Origin: a virus
IMG/VR virus record: IMGVR_UViG_3300021178_000012
Span: 15,027 to 79,026 of that record
DNA: 64,000 nt
Direction: 5' to 3' (one strand)
Shown here in pieces: positions 8,749 through 16,548 of this stretch (positions are counted from its first letter, which is position 1; each line of letters begins with the position of its first letter). Below the pieces are notes generated by a model. It had not been told where the DNA came from. It saw only the letters and a list, made by a program, of their open reading frames with translations, and made no database searches. Both the position numbers and the translations under genes were made by a program.

Positions 8749-9075
8749 GTGCCGACGGACAACTACTTCAAGGCGACCAAGTGGCGTGCGACCGAGACCG
8801 GGTTCGGGCCCGACGACTTCATCGTCTGCTTCAACTCGAGCGACGAGATCGCGACAAGGAACGCGTGGGAGCGTGTCTCGACGTTCGCTTCAAGAAACAG
8901 TCTGCATGTCACAATGTGGAAACGTATCCACCGCACGGGACCGTGGTCAGAGTCGAAGGTGATCGGCGACTCGCCTAAGCCGATGCGCGTGATCTCGCAG
9001 AACGATGCGGAGCGGTTGACGAGAGAGTTCGGTGTCTTCTCCTTGACGCCGAAGGAAGAGGAGAAGCCATCCTAG
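8749..9075 (+). CDS. Hypothetical protein
   Basis: GTG after GGAGAG; coupled to the next ORF. Confidence 0.6.
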   Translation: MPTDNYFKATKWRATETGFGPDDFIVCFNSSDEIATRNAWERVSTFASRNSLHVTMWKRIHRTGPWSESKVIGDSPKPMRVISQNDAERLTREFGVFSLTPKEEEKPS

Positions 9076-9473
9076 TGCCCATCCTCCGCACTTCCGACGG
9101 CAAGGACGTCGAGTGGCCGTGGCCCACCGACGTGAAGACTATCTCGCTGTCGGCGAAGCGACTCGCGGCTCTTCGTTCGAGGAGTGCGGTCGTCCGAATC
9201 ATCGGACATGCAGACCTCTACGATTTTCAGATCGGTAGGCTCTACCCGCACCCGACAAGACGGGATCGCGCCGTTCGCATGCGCAAGATCGCGAAGCGGA
9301 TCATTCACCACAAGATGGAAGACCTCTGCGTTGGCATCGGTGAGGTTCGGATCATGGAGATTTTTTATTCGACCGACGACCCGTCCGTGCTCCGGCACAA
9401 GCTCATGAACGCACCCTACAACGAACGTCGCGCCCTCGACGACATCGAGGCCCTCAAGGAGATGACATGCTGA
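9075..9473 (+). CDS. Hypothetical protein
   Basis: GTG overlaps the upstream stop. Confidence 0.6.
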   Translation: MPILRTSDGKDVEWPWPTDVKTISLSAKRLAALRSRSAVVRIIGHADLYDFQIGRLYPHPTRRDRAVRMRKIAKRIIHHKMEDLCVGIGEVRIMEIFYSTDDPSVLRHKLMNAPYNERRALDDIEALKEMTC

Positions 9474-9820
9474 TCGACGAATCGACAATCGAGTTGAAGA
9501 ACAAGTGGACCGAGCTCTTGGTGGAGTTCATCGACGACGCCACACGGAAGCTCGGCCTCCAAGACGCAGACAAGCCCGAACTCCGCAAGCAAACGTGCGA
9601 GGCGACCCTGAAGCTCTCGATCGTCGCAGCTCGAGCCGAAGGGATTTCGTGGGAGGAAATCCTCGACCTGAAGAAGGACGTGGAACTGATCATCGACCAG
9701 CGGCAGCTCAACCGATCTTTCGCCAAGGTGTCGATGCCAGCGACGAACGGTGCGTCAACGTCGCCTGCAATCAAGGCAGAGGCAGCGGCCAGCAAGACGA
9801 AGAAAGGAAAGAAGGCGTGA
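9467..9820 (+). CDS. Hypothetical helical protein with Lys-rich tail
   Basis: AAGGAG RBS; coupled to neighbours. Confidence 0.65.
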   Translation: MLIDESTIELKNKWTELLVEFIDDATRKLGLQDADKPELRKQTCEATLKLSIVAARAEGISWEEILDLKKDVELIIDQRQLNRSFAKVSMPATNGASTSPAIKAEAAASKTKKGKKA

Positions 9821-10644
9821 CCGACACCAAAGACGCGCCCGGTCTCGACGACTTCGCGCCGCCGACCGAACTCGCACCCACATCGATCAAGGAGATGGCC
9901 GAACGTCGGCGCGAACTCGACGCAGGCAACAATATCGCCTCGCTCCACAAGTACGCGAGGATGGTCGCGCCGGGCCTTCATACGAAGGTCATGCACCTGA
10001 TCGTGTCAGCCGAAGACAAGGTCGACGTCGGCGTCCTGCGGCGCGGCTTTGCCTTCATCCGCGAAAAGGTCGGCGGCTACAAGCAGGTCCTCACCGACCA
10101 GGAACTTCGCAAGGCCCAGCAGATCTACGATCACCTCCTCTCGCTCTTCCACGAGACCGGGGGTCAGCCGGACATTCCGCCGAACGAGGCGCTCTCGATC
10201 GTGCTCGAGTGCTACAACTTCGTGAACAATCTGCTCGAGTCCTACTCGGACAAGAAGGGTGTTCACGCGATCTACGAGATCTATCTGCTCATCGAGCTCG
10301 CCGGCCTCGCACAAATTCAGTACGACAACTGGGGCCAAAGCGCTGGGTACTTCATGCCTTACAAGAAGTGGAAGGACCTCGGGATGCCCAACGTGGCAGG
10401 GGCGATCCCTGCCGGCGCCCCGGTCGTCGCCGCCTCGAAAGAAAACGGTCGTCTCGCCGTCACAGAGGAAGACGCACGTCCCATCGACAAGGGGGGAAAA
10501 GGCAGCGAGGACACCGGAGTCCGACCGGAACAGCTTATGGAACGTCTGCCGAAGATCGATCCGCCCGAAACCTTTCGAGGTGACTACTACGACATCCACG
10601 GCGGAGGGACGCGCGGCGGTTCAGGAGGAAAGGTGCCGACGTGA
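9817..10644 (+). CDS. Hypothetical protein
   Basis: GTGA overlap at 9817; the longer ORF-track start at 9505 overlaps the previous gene. Confidence 0.65.
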   Translation: MTDTKDAPGLDDFAPPTELAPTSIKEMAERRRELDAGNNIASLHKYARMVAPGLHTKVMHLIVSAEDKVDVGVLRRGFAFIREKVGGYKQVLTDQELRKAQQIYDHLLSLFHETGGQPDIPPNEALSIVLECYNFVNNLLESYSDKKGVHAIYEIYLLIELAGLAQIQYDNWGQSAGYFMPYKKWKDLGMPNVAGAIPAGAPVVAASKENGRLAVTEEDARPIDKGGKGSEDTGVRPEQLMERLPKIDPPETFRGDYYDIHGGGTRGGSGGKVPT

Positions 10645-11087
10645 GAAGCGACGAGCACCCTGGCCACCTCGAGACGCGCGCGATCATCGAAATCGCCGAC
10701 AAGTTCGCGCGCACCTACCAGGCGCTCGAGGCGCTTGTCGAGGAGAAGGGCGAGGTGCGCATCGATCGGCCTACCACGGCGTGGACCATTACTTGGAAAG
10801 AAGAAGACGGCGCCCATGTCGTGTCGGCGCCTTCGCTCGCCGGGGCACTCCAGATCGTGCAATCTGTTCTTCGAGGAGATCCTATGCAACCAGAGAAGAT
10901 GACCGTCGGCGGCGCGAAGCTCGGCAAGTGTGTCACGTGTGGCCACCGCGCGCAGCTCACTGCGACAGGGTTCTGCGACGACTGCTGCCCGTCTGGAGAC
11001 TGCCCAGCGCCAGCGGTCGCGACGGCTGGGCCTGAGCCGAGGCCCGCGCAGAAGACGTGGTGGCAACGATTGTGGGGACATTCTTGA
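10641..11087 (+). CDS. Hypothetical protein with Cys-rich zinc-ribbon-like segment
   Basis: GTGA overlap; CVTCGH...FCDDCC. Confidence 0.6.
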   Translation: MRSDEHPGHLETRAIIEIADKFARTYQALEALVEEKGEVRIDRPTTAWTITWKEEDGAHVVSAPSLAGALQIVQSVLRGDPMQPEKMTVGGAKLGKCVTCGHRAQLTATGFCDDCCPSGDCPAPAVATAGPEPRPAQKTWWQRLWGHS

Positions 11088-11347
11088 AGATCAAGGCCTG
11101 GCTCCTCTCTGACGAACTCGTCCTCTACCGAGGCTCGCCCGCAGGGCTGTGGGTCGAGCTCGACGAAGGTGAGGAAGACACAGTGGCCGACCACTTCGTT
11201 CACCAGTACGTCGAGACACAGGAAGGTGACGTCACCTTCGTCTGCACCGAATCAGATGTGTGGCGCGTCGAAACTGTCCTGTGGGGCCTCGGCTATCTCA
11301 CCAAGAAAGTTTCCCGCGAGGAAGCCGTCGCGGAGTACACCAAGTGA
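11057..11347 (+). CDS. Hypothetical protein
   Basis: ORF track; start uncertain. Confidence 0.5.
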   Translation: MVATIVGTFLKIKAWLLSDELVLYRGSPAGLWVELDEGEEDTVADHFVHQYVETQEGDVTFVCTESDVWRVETVLWGLGYLTKKVSREEAVAEYTK

Positions 11348-11622
11348 CCCCTCCCTACGTTTCACCAGAGAAGCGGGCCTACTGCGAATCGCTCGGCGAA
11401 CGGATGGCATCTGTCTGCAAGGAGGAGGTCGCGGACGGAAACCTCACCGGCGAAGAGATCGTCGGCGTCCTTCTCTCGGTCGCCATCAACAGCTTCATCG
11501 ACCAATCGACCGACCTCGACATTCTCGAGACGCTCATCCAGGTCGTTCGAGCGTGCCGCGCAGTCAAAGCAGGTACCACATCCGAGGAGGTGGCCGCTTG
11601 CGACCCGTCGACGGACAACTGA
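11344..11622 (+). CDS. Hypothetical protein
   Basis: GTGA overlap at 11344. Confidence 0.55.
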   Translation: MTPPYVSPEKRAYCESLGERMASVCKEEVADGNLTGEEIVGVLLSVAINSFIDQSTDLDILETLIQVVRACRAVKAGTTSEEVAACDPSTDN

Positions 11623-11852
11623 CCGACGACGAACCACGGGACCCGTTCGACGGCCGCGGTCCGTTCAAGAAGTGGGCAAGCTGGCTCAAGGAGCCGGGTG
11701 AGTTGCAATCGAGCGTGGCGCGGGCCGTCGGCAAGGCCTTCGTCGCAGGCGTACGTGCGCGCACCTTGCAGCTCGATTACGTCGAGGAGCACCTGGTCGT
11801 GACGGTGCCCAAGGCGCTCGTCGAACGCTACCTAGGCAGAAAGATCCCGTGA
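11619..11852 (+). CDS. Hypothetical protein, paralog of 11849..12115
   Basis: GPFKKWASWLKEPG...VPKALVERYL vs GPLEEWLEWFRQPG...LPKAWIEEQF; start codon uncertain (CTG at the overlap). Confidence 0.55.
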   Translation: MTDDEPRDPFDGRGPFKKWASWLKEPGELQSSVARAVGKAFVAGVRARTLQLDYVEEHLVVTVPKALVERYLGRKIP

Positions 11853-12115
11853 GCGGCAGCGACGACGAAGACTCGTACTTCACCAACCCCTTAGCCGACG
11901 ACGGCTTCAACGGTACTGGCCCGCTCGAGGAGTGGCTCGAGTGGTTCCGTCAGCCGGGCTTATTCCAAGCCGGGGCGGCCGAGCTCGTGAAGCACGCCGT
12001 GGCTCTCGGCATTCAAAATGGTGTGATCCGCATCAAGCAGACCGAGGCCGGCGACTTCAATCTCGCGCTCCCGAAGGCTTGGATCGAGGAGCAGTTCGCG
12101 CGGCGGTTTCCTTAA
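11849..12115 (+). CDS. Hypothetical protein, paralog of 11619..11852
   Basis: GTGA overlap; ends convergent on the ncRNA array. Confidence 0.65.
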   Translation: MSGSDDEDSYFTNPLADDGFNGTGPLEEWLEWFRQPGLFQAGAAELVKHAVALGIQNGVIRIKQTEAGDFNLALPKAWIEEQFARRFP

Positions 12116-12120
12116 CCAAA

Positions 12121-12188
12121 GGCGCCTCGGGTAAGTTGGTGTTCGTTGGTAATTTTGCGGTAACCAACGAACGTCGACCCGTGACACC
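12121..12188 (-). ncRNA. Y RNA-like RNA 3 (68 nt)
   Basis: Ends pair (GGUGUC/GGCGCC; CGGGU/ACCCG); bulged-C Ro helix GGU-C-GA/CUU-ACC; perfect 10-bp upper stem GUUCGUUGGU/ACCAACGAAC; followed by UUU; downstream of Ro60. Confidence 0.8.
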
Positions 12189-12190
12189 AG

Positions 12191-12263
12191 TTCCGGTTGA
12201 TGGGCTCGAACCACCGACGAGCGCGTTAACAGCGCGCTGCTCTGCCAACTGAGCTAAACCGGA
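12191..12263 (-). tRNA. tRNA-Asn(GTT), no encoded CCA, atypical discriminator A73
   Basis: TCCGGTT-TA-GCTC AGTTGGCA GAGC-A-GCGCG CTGTTAA CGCGC-TCGTC-GGTGG TTCGAGC CCATC-AACCGGA-A: complete cloverleaf. Confidence 0.88.
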
Positions 12264-12270
12264 ACAAAAA

Positions 12271-12401
12271 GGCGATTAGGTAAGTGGCGCCCGTTGGTAA
12301 AACGACGTCTTTCGACGTACGTGTGTGGGTTTCGAACCACTCGGTCAGCCTTTCGGCCTTCCTTTTTTCCAAGGTTAACCAACGAACATCGACCCAATGC
12401 C
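12271..12401 (-). ncRNA. Y RNA-like RNA 2 (131 nt) with multibranch apical domain
   Basis: GGC/GCC and AUUGGGU/ACCUAAU closing helix; GGU-C-GA/CUU-ACC; GUUCGUUGGU/ACCAACGGGC stem; two GAAA tetraloop hairpins and a UUCGAAA T-loop-like hairpin; UUUUU tail. Confidence 0.8.
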
Positions 12402-12404
12402 TAG

Positions 12405-12523
12405 GGGCAGCGGCGGGGCTCGAACCCGCGACCCAGGGGTAACCTTCGTTCGGCGGCCCGCGAGCGGGCAAGTTAATGAGCGAAGACTTTGTCTCTTGCT
12501 CTGCCAACTGAGCTACGCCACCC
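12405..12523 (-). ncRNA. tRNA-shaped RNA with 62-nt expanded anticodon arm containing a Ro-binding-type helix (tRNA/Y RNA hybrid)
   Basis: Acceptor GGUGGCG/CGCUGCC with G-1:C73; D arm identical to the tRNA-Asn; T arm GCGGG UUCGAGC CCCGC; insert contains CUU-GCCCG-CUCG-CGGGC-C-G. Confidence 0.75.
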
Positions 12524-12526
12524 AGA

Positions 12527-12591
12527 AGCGTCGGATAAGGAGCATCGGAAGGGGTCTACCCAAGAGAACCTTCCGACAACGACCCGACACC
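12527..12591 (-). ncRNA. Y RNA-like RNA 1 (65 nt)
   Basis: Starts 6 nt after the Ro60 stop; GGUGUCGGGU/AUCCGACGCU 10-bp helix; bulged C then G opposite CUU; upper stem GUCGGAAGG/CCUUCCGAU. Confidence 0.75.
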
Positions 12592-12597
12592 AGAACC

Positions 12598-14286
12598 TTA
12601 CGCCTCCTCTCGGTGAATTGCAACACCGCGCACAAAATTGGCGATGACGGCGGGCACGTCGGCGCTCATGCCGACGATGTCGAGCATTCCGGCATCGTTC
12701 GGGTCGGCAATCGTGAACGCCGTCGGAGTCATCGCAAGCACGCAGAGCTTCGCCGCGCGCCCACTCTGCTGCCGATACTCGCGCAGCGCCTGAAACGGGT
12801 GAACGTTGCCATGCCAAGTCTCATTGTCCGTGTAAATAGCAAACGCGTCGACATCGAACTTGTTCTTCGTTGCGTACCGCATCGGCAACGAGCAGTCGGT
12901 GCCGCCCATCGGGAGTCGATCAATCGTCCGGATTACGTCGTCGAGACGCTGCTTCGGCGAGATAGCGATCTCCGTGAAGCCGCAGTCGCCTCCGCCCCAT
13001 CGGCCACCCGGTCCGCCACTCGCCGCGGTGAACCCGAAGCAGTGCCAGTTCTTCTCCGTACGTGCCGTAACCATCGCGAGAGCCGCAGAAGCCTCGTGAC
13101 ACGTGAGCGGCATACCAGCGATCGGCGACGTCATCGACCCGGACACGTCGAGGCCGAGTAGCATGTTCTTGCCCGTCGGCTCCACCGTCTCGAAGGCGAG
13201 GTAAAACGCGGCGTCAAGTGCATCGACGATCTCTCGCTGCGGCTCCCACTTGAGCGAGCCCTTCTCACCGTGCCCTTGCTGGTATGTCTTCAACGCCACG
13301 AGCACGCTCATGGGGTGCACGCGCGCCTTCCTGAGAACGTCACGGTCTGCGAGCTTCTCTGCCGTTCTGCGGGTGGCGTTCGACATCGTCTTGAGCAAAC
13401 CAACCTCGGTCATCTTACCCAGATTCCGAATGAGCGCCGTCATCGGCATGCCCAAGAGCAACGCATCCCACACCTCGACGTGATTCTTCCACTGCGTGGG
13501 CAGCATCTCGTGCGTGAGACCGTGCTCGCGGATGATCGCGCAAATGCGCGACTTGTCATCCGTCTTCTGCGCTTCCTCAAACGCCCAGATGAACGGCGGT
13601 AACGTCTCCACCGCGTCGTACTTCGTAACCTTCTCGCCGCGCTTCACATCGCGCTCGCCGTTCTCGATTGGATTGACGACGTACCGGAAAAGGGCCTCGT
13701 GCTGCGGCGTCGGAGCTTTCGGGTGCGCCAAGCGCAAAAGATCTCGATGACTCCACCCGTCGCGCTGGCGATACTTGACCACCTGATTCGCAAGCTTGTC
13801 CGCCGGCTGCGCCGCGTACCACTTGGCAACTGCGTCGCGCAGCCCTCGCCCGAAGCCCCTAAATACCTGCGTGTCGCGCACGAAGTGAAAGAGGTGGGTG
13901 CCGATTCGGCAGACCTTCGGAAGCGCGTCGAGGGCGGCCTTGCGCGTCTTCGAGTCGGATTCGCTCGCGCACATGGCGAGCGCGAAGATCGCAGCGTCGT
14001 TCTTTGGGGCGAGCCCGCGGTACGACACGTCGACGATACGTGCGACGGTTCGAGCACCGTCCTCGCTAGCACACTCCTGTACGACTCGAGCGTTCTCCAC
14101 CGTGAGCGCCTTCTCGGACGCGTAATAGGTGCCTCCGTCAGCGCCGAGGACGAGGAACCGGTCAAGTCGCGACCACTTGTCGACGGTAAAGACGAATCCG
14201 CCAGCGCCGTTAACCTTCTGGTCGCTGCGCGCCGACTCGACCTGTGGCGTCTTCAAGGTAGAAAAATGCTGTCCGTAATCTGTCAT
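12598..14286 (-). CDS. rsr: Ro60/Rsr RNA-binding protein (TROVE + vWA domains)
   Basis: N-terminal NxAGGFVF...RLxRFLVLG.dGGTYY; KYRQRDGWSHRDLLRLAHP; MPMTALIRNLGKMT; vWA motif LDVSGSM, GGTDC, YTDNETW. AGGAGG RBS. Confidence 0.95.
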   Translation of the reverse strand: MTDYGQHFSTLKTPQVESARSDQKVNGAGGFVFTVDKWSRLDRFLVLGADGGTYYASEKALTVENARVVQECASEDGARTVARIVDVSYRGLAPKNDAAIFALAMCASESDSKTRKAALDALPKVCRIGTHLFHFVRDTQVFRGFGRGLRDAVAKWYAAQPADKLANQVVKYRQRDGWSHRDLLRLAHPKAPTPQHEALFRYVVNPIENGERDVKRGEKVTKYDAVETLPPFIWAFEEAQKTDDKSRICAIIREHGLTHEMLPTQWKNHVEVWDALLLGMPMTALIRNLGKMTEVGLLKTMSNATRRTAEKLADRDVLRKARVHPMSVLVALKTYQQGHGEKGSLKWEPQREIVDALDAAFYLAFETVEPTGKNMLLGLDVSGSMTSPIAGMPLTCHEASAALAMVTARTEKNWHCFGFTAASGGPGGRWGGGDCGFTEIAISPKQRLDDVIRTIDRLPMGGTDCSLPMRYATKNKFDVDAFAIYTDNETWHGNVHPFQALREYRQQSGRAAKLCVLAMTPTAFTIADPNDAGMLDIVGMSADVPAVIANFVRGVAIHREEA

Positions 14287-14367
14287 GGGGTAGACCTCCT
14301 ACGTGTCTCGACTTCGAAGATGAGCGACGAACGTACAACGCGTCACGAATCTGACGCAACGGCGAAA

Positions 14368-14808
14368 TCAGCGACAGCAGCTCCCGCCGAGACACGTGCC
14401 GTCGATCATTCCGTCGAGCTTCGTCGCGCACGGGGCCGTGTCTTTACCGAGGCACACCTGGTCCGTGATGCAGTAGGCGGGCTTCCCCGTCGTGGTCGAC
14501 GTCGCACTCGCACTCGAGCTGGACGAGACCGACGTGGACCCTGCACCCCCGTCGCCGTCCCTCGCGACCGGGCAACTGCACCCCACGAGCAAGAACGTCG
14601 CGAGCGTCGCAAGGACCCTCGCGCATGCTGCGATAGCGTCGTCGCGGGTCATCCTTCGGATAGGGTCCTTCTCGTCGAGCCACGTAGGAGGGTCGCCCGT
14701 GAGGGCGAGCTCACACACAGCTACCTGCTCGTGATCGCCGGCCGAGCCCGCTTGGTCGCGGAGGGTGCGCACTTGCGCGATCGTGATGTTGTCTTTCGTT
14801 GTCGTCAT
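14368..14808 (-). CDS. Hypothetical protein with lipobox-like LLVGC and Cys-rich tail (possibly two fused small ORFs)
   Basis: ORF track; AAGGAAAG RBS. Confidence 0.55.
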   Translation of the reverse strand: MTTTKDNITIAQVRTLRDQAGSAGDHEQVAVCELALTGDPPTWLDEKDPIRRMTRDDAIAACARVLATLATFLLVGCSCPVARDGDGGAGSTSVSSSSSASATSTTTGKPAYCITDQVCLGKDTAPCATKLDGMIDGTCLGGSCCR

Positions 14809-14830
14809 GGTCTTTCCTTCAGTTCAAACA

Positions 14831-14921
14831 CCGAGCGAAGGGCACGTATGATTGTCAAAACCCCTCGGACCATCCTCGGAGTCTCGACCGGTAGTCAAAG
14901 CACACAGTGCCCTTCGCTCGG
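14831..14921. repeat. Perfect 15-bp inverted repeat enclosing a 61-nt structured loop
   Basis: CCGAGCGAAGGGCAC (14831-14845) / GTGCCCTTCGCTCGG (14907-14921). Confidence 0.85.
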
Positions 14922-14942
14922 GGCTCGATAGCCCCGTCGGTC

Positions 14943-15275
14943 TTAGACGAAGTCTGACGCCTTGTTGAGCATTTGTTCTCGGAAAATGATCTTGTCGCCA
15001 AGCCCTCGGATCCTCGCCTTGTCCAAGGCAACCATACGCTTCCACGCGGTCGTGAGTCGCGTCTCCCCGAGCAAGAGAAGTACCCTCATCTGAGGGATCT
15101 CACAGTCACGCGGATCCTCGTGCTCATTTGCGTCGCGCGGCGTGTACGGACCTGCGCGCAGCTCCCTGGACAACCGGCGCACACGGGCTTGCTGGCCTTC
15201 CGTGAGGTCGCCCCACGGAATCTCTTTCCCGCCCAATGCGTCGAGCACGTGTCTATCGTTCTTCGTCATTCGCAT
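14943..15275 (-). CDS. Hypothetical protein
   Basis: ORF track; AAGGGTAGG upstream of ATG. Confidence 0.6.
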   Translation of the reverse strand: MRMTKNDRHVLDALGGKEIPWGDLTEGQQARVRRLSRELRAGPYTPRDANEHEDPRDCEIPQMRVLLLLGETRLTTAWKRMVALDKARIRGLGDKIIFREQMLNKASDFV

Positions 15276-15353
15276 GATCCTACCCTTTCACGAGGCGCAG
15301 CCTCGTCTGTTTCGCCCGTCGTGGCGCCGGTATCCGCTCGAGGGTTTCGTCGC

Positions 15354-15557
15354 TCATGATGCAACCGCCTTTCTCGTTATCGAGCATGTTCTTCGATGCT
15401 GTCCGATGCCGTCGCCGTAGAACCGTCCGCACTCCTTACACACGCCGTCGACCTCAGGCGGCGCAAACCCGCACGCTTCGCAGATGTTGCAGTCGTCGCA
15501 GAAGCGTTTCTTGCCGCATTGCGGACACTCGAACGTCTGATGGGCGATGACTTTCAT
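15354..15557 (-). CDS. Small Cys-rich zinc-finger-like protein
   Basis: CPQC..FCDDC.ICEAC..CKEC; similar Cys pattern in 40038..40256; ATGA-coupled start. Confidence 0.55.
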   Translation of the reverse strand: MKVIAHQTFECPQCGKKRFCDDCNICEACGFAPPEVDGVCKECGRFYGDGIGQHRRTCSITRKAVAS

Positions 15558-16258
15558 GCGGATTGCCATTCCTCGGCTTCATTGACCAACTGATCCCAAC
15601 GAAAGGACGCCTCGCTATTGATCTTCTCGTCGATCCCCCACGCCTCACGCTGAGAATCATAGAGGCCGTATTCCGCGTCGAGCGAGATACCCCGTGCTTC
15701 GACGGTCGTGCAAGCCCAAGGGCCGTCAGGCGGACCCGGAAGCGCTTCCGCCTCGCGTTCGGCCCATTCCCTGCCAGCTGCCGTCGCACCTGCTTCGATC
15801 GCATCGCGCCAACGTGCGACGTCGTCCACGTATTGATCCGTGTCATATTCCACGGAATCAAGGCCTTGCTCTCCGTTCGACGGGTTTTGCGCCCATCCGT
15901 TGTGGATTCGGGCACAACCGCACACGACGCACACCGAAGTGCAGATGACGCCTCCCCCGTGACCGCGCACACCGGGGTTCTCTTTCAGTCCTCCCACGAT
16001 GGCATGCGGCGTTTGCCAGTCGTGCTCGCATCCGCGTTCGCAGGGCGGCTCATCGGGGTCGACTCGAACGTCACCGTTTGCAACGTCGTCCTCATCCGCG
16101 ACGTTGACCGCGTACACGGTGACCCAGATCGTTTTGGTCCGGTCAGGGTAGTTTGCCGAGTCGACGTTGCTCTCCGCTTCGTCGAGCGCATCGTCAGCGG
16201 ATGCCGCCTCAATGGTGTCGTAGGCGCAACCTTCTTCGAGCAATCTATAGGTGGCCAT
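15554..16258 (-). CDS. Acidic hypothetical protein
   Basis: ATG at 16258 after GGAG; CEHDW...CVVCG motif. Confidence 0.6.
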   Translation of the reverse strand: MATYRLLEEGCAYDTIEAASADDALDEAESNVDSANYPDRTKTIWVTVYAVNVADEDDVANGDVRVDPDEPPCERGCEHDWQTPHAIVGGLKENPGVRGHGGGVICTSVCVVCGCARIHNGWAQNPSNGEQGLDSVEYDTDQYVDDVARWRDAIEAGATAAGREWAEREAEALPGPPDGPWACTTVEARGISLDAEYGLYDSQREAWGIDEKINSEASFRWDQLVNEAEEWQSA

Positions 16259-16323
16259 ATGTCTCTCCAACGCCCCAAGGCCCGGGGCTCGAAGCCTACC
16301 GGGCCGGGGTGGAGTTGCCGCGC

Positions 16324-16506
16324 CTAACCGAAAAACATCTCTCGCGTGAATCCGCGGTATTTCTGATAGTGTCTAAACCACGATTCGGGGTCTTCGGGCG
16401 TGTTCCCCTGTCCTCTACAGCCGAACCACGCCCTTGCTGGGCACCCTTGGAAGGTGTGTTCCCAGCAACAACAGCGACAGGGAGCTATCTCGTGCAAAAG
16501 ATCCAC
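16324..16506 (-). CDS. Hypothetical protein
   Basis: ORF track. Confidence 0.4.
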   Translation of the reverse strand: MDLLHEIAPCRCCCWEHTFQGCPARAWFGCRGQGNTPEDPESWFRHYQKYRGFTREMFFG

Positions 16507-16548
16507 GTCCCGCCCAAACAGCTACCGCGATGCGCGGATCCTCGGCAC

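Noticed and set aside
12271-12401. Canonical YrlA
   Set aside because: Has a T-loop-like hairpin but no D arm after a closed acceptor stem, so it is reported only as Y RNA-like.
12435-12496. Group I intron in a tRNA anticodon loop
   Set aside because: The 45 extra nt are far too short and lack P/Q/R/S elements, and no clean 7-nt anticodon loop is restored by removing them.
12057-13161. ORFs called over the RNA array (12057-12248, 12226-12507, 12397-13161)
   Set aside because: No RBS or protein-like features; fully explained by tRNA and Y RNA structures or antisense to rsr.
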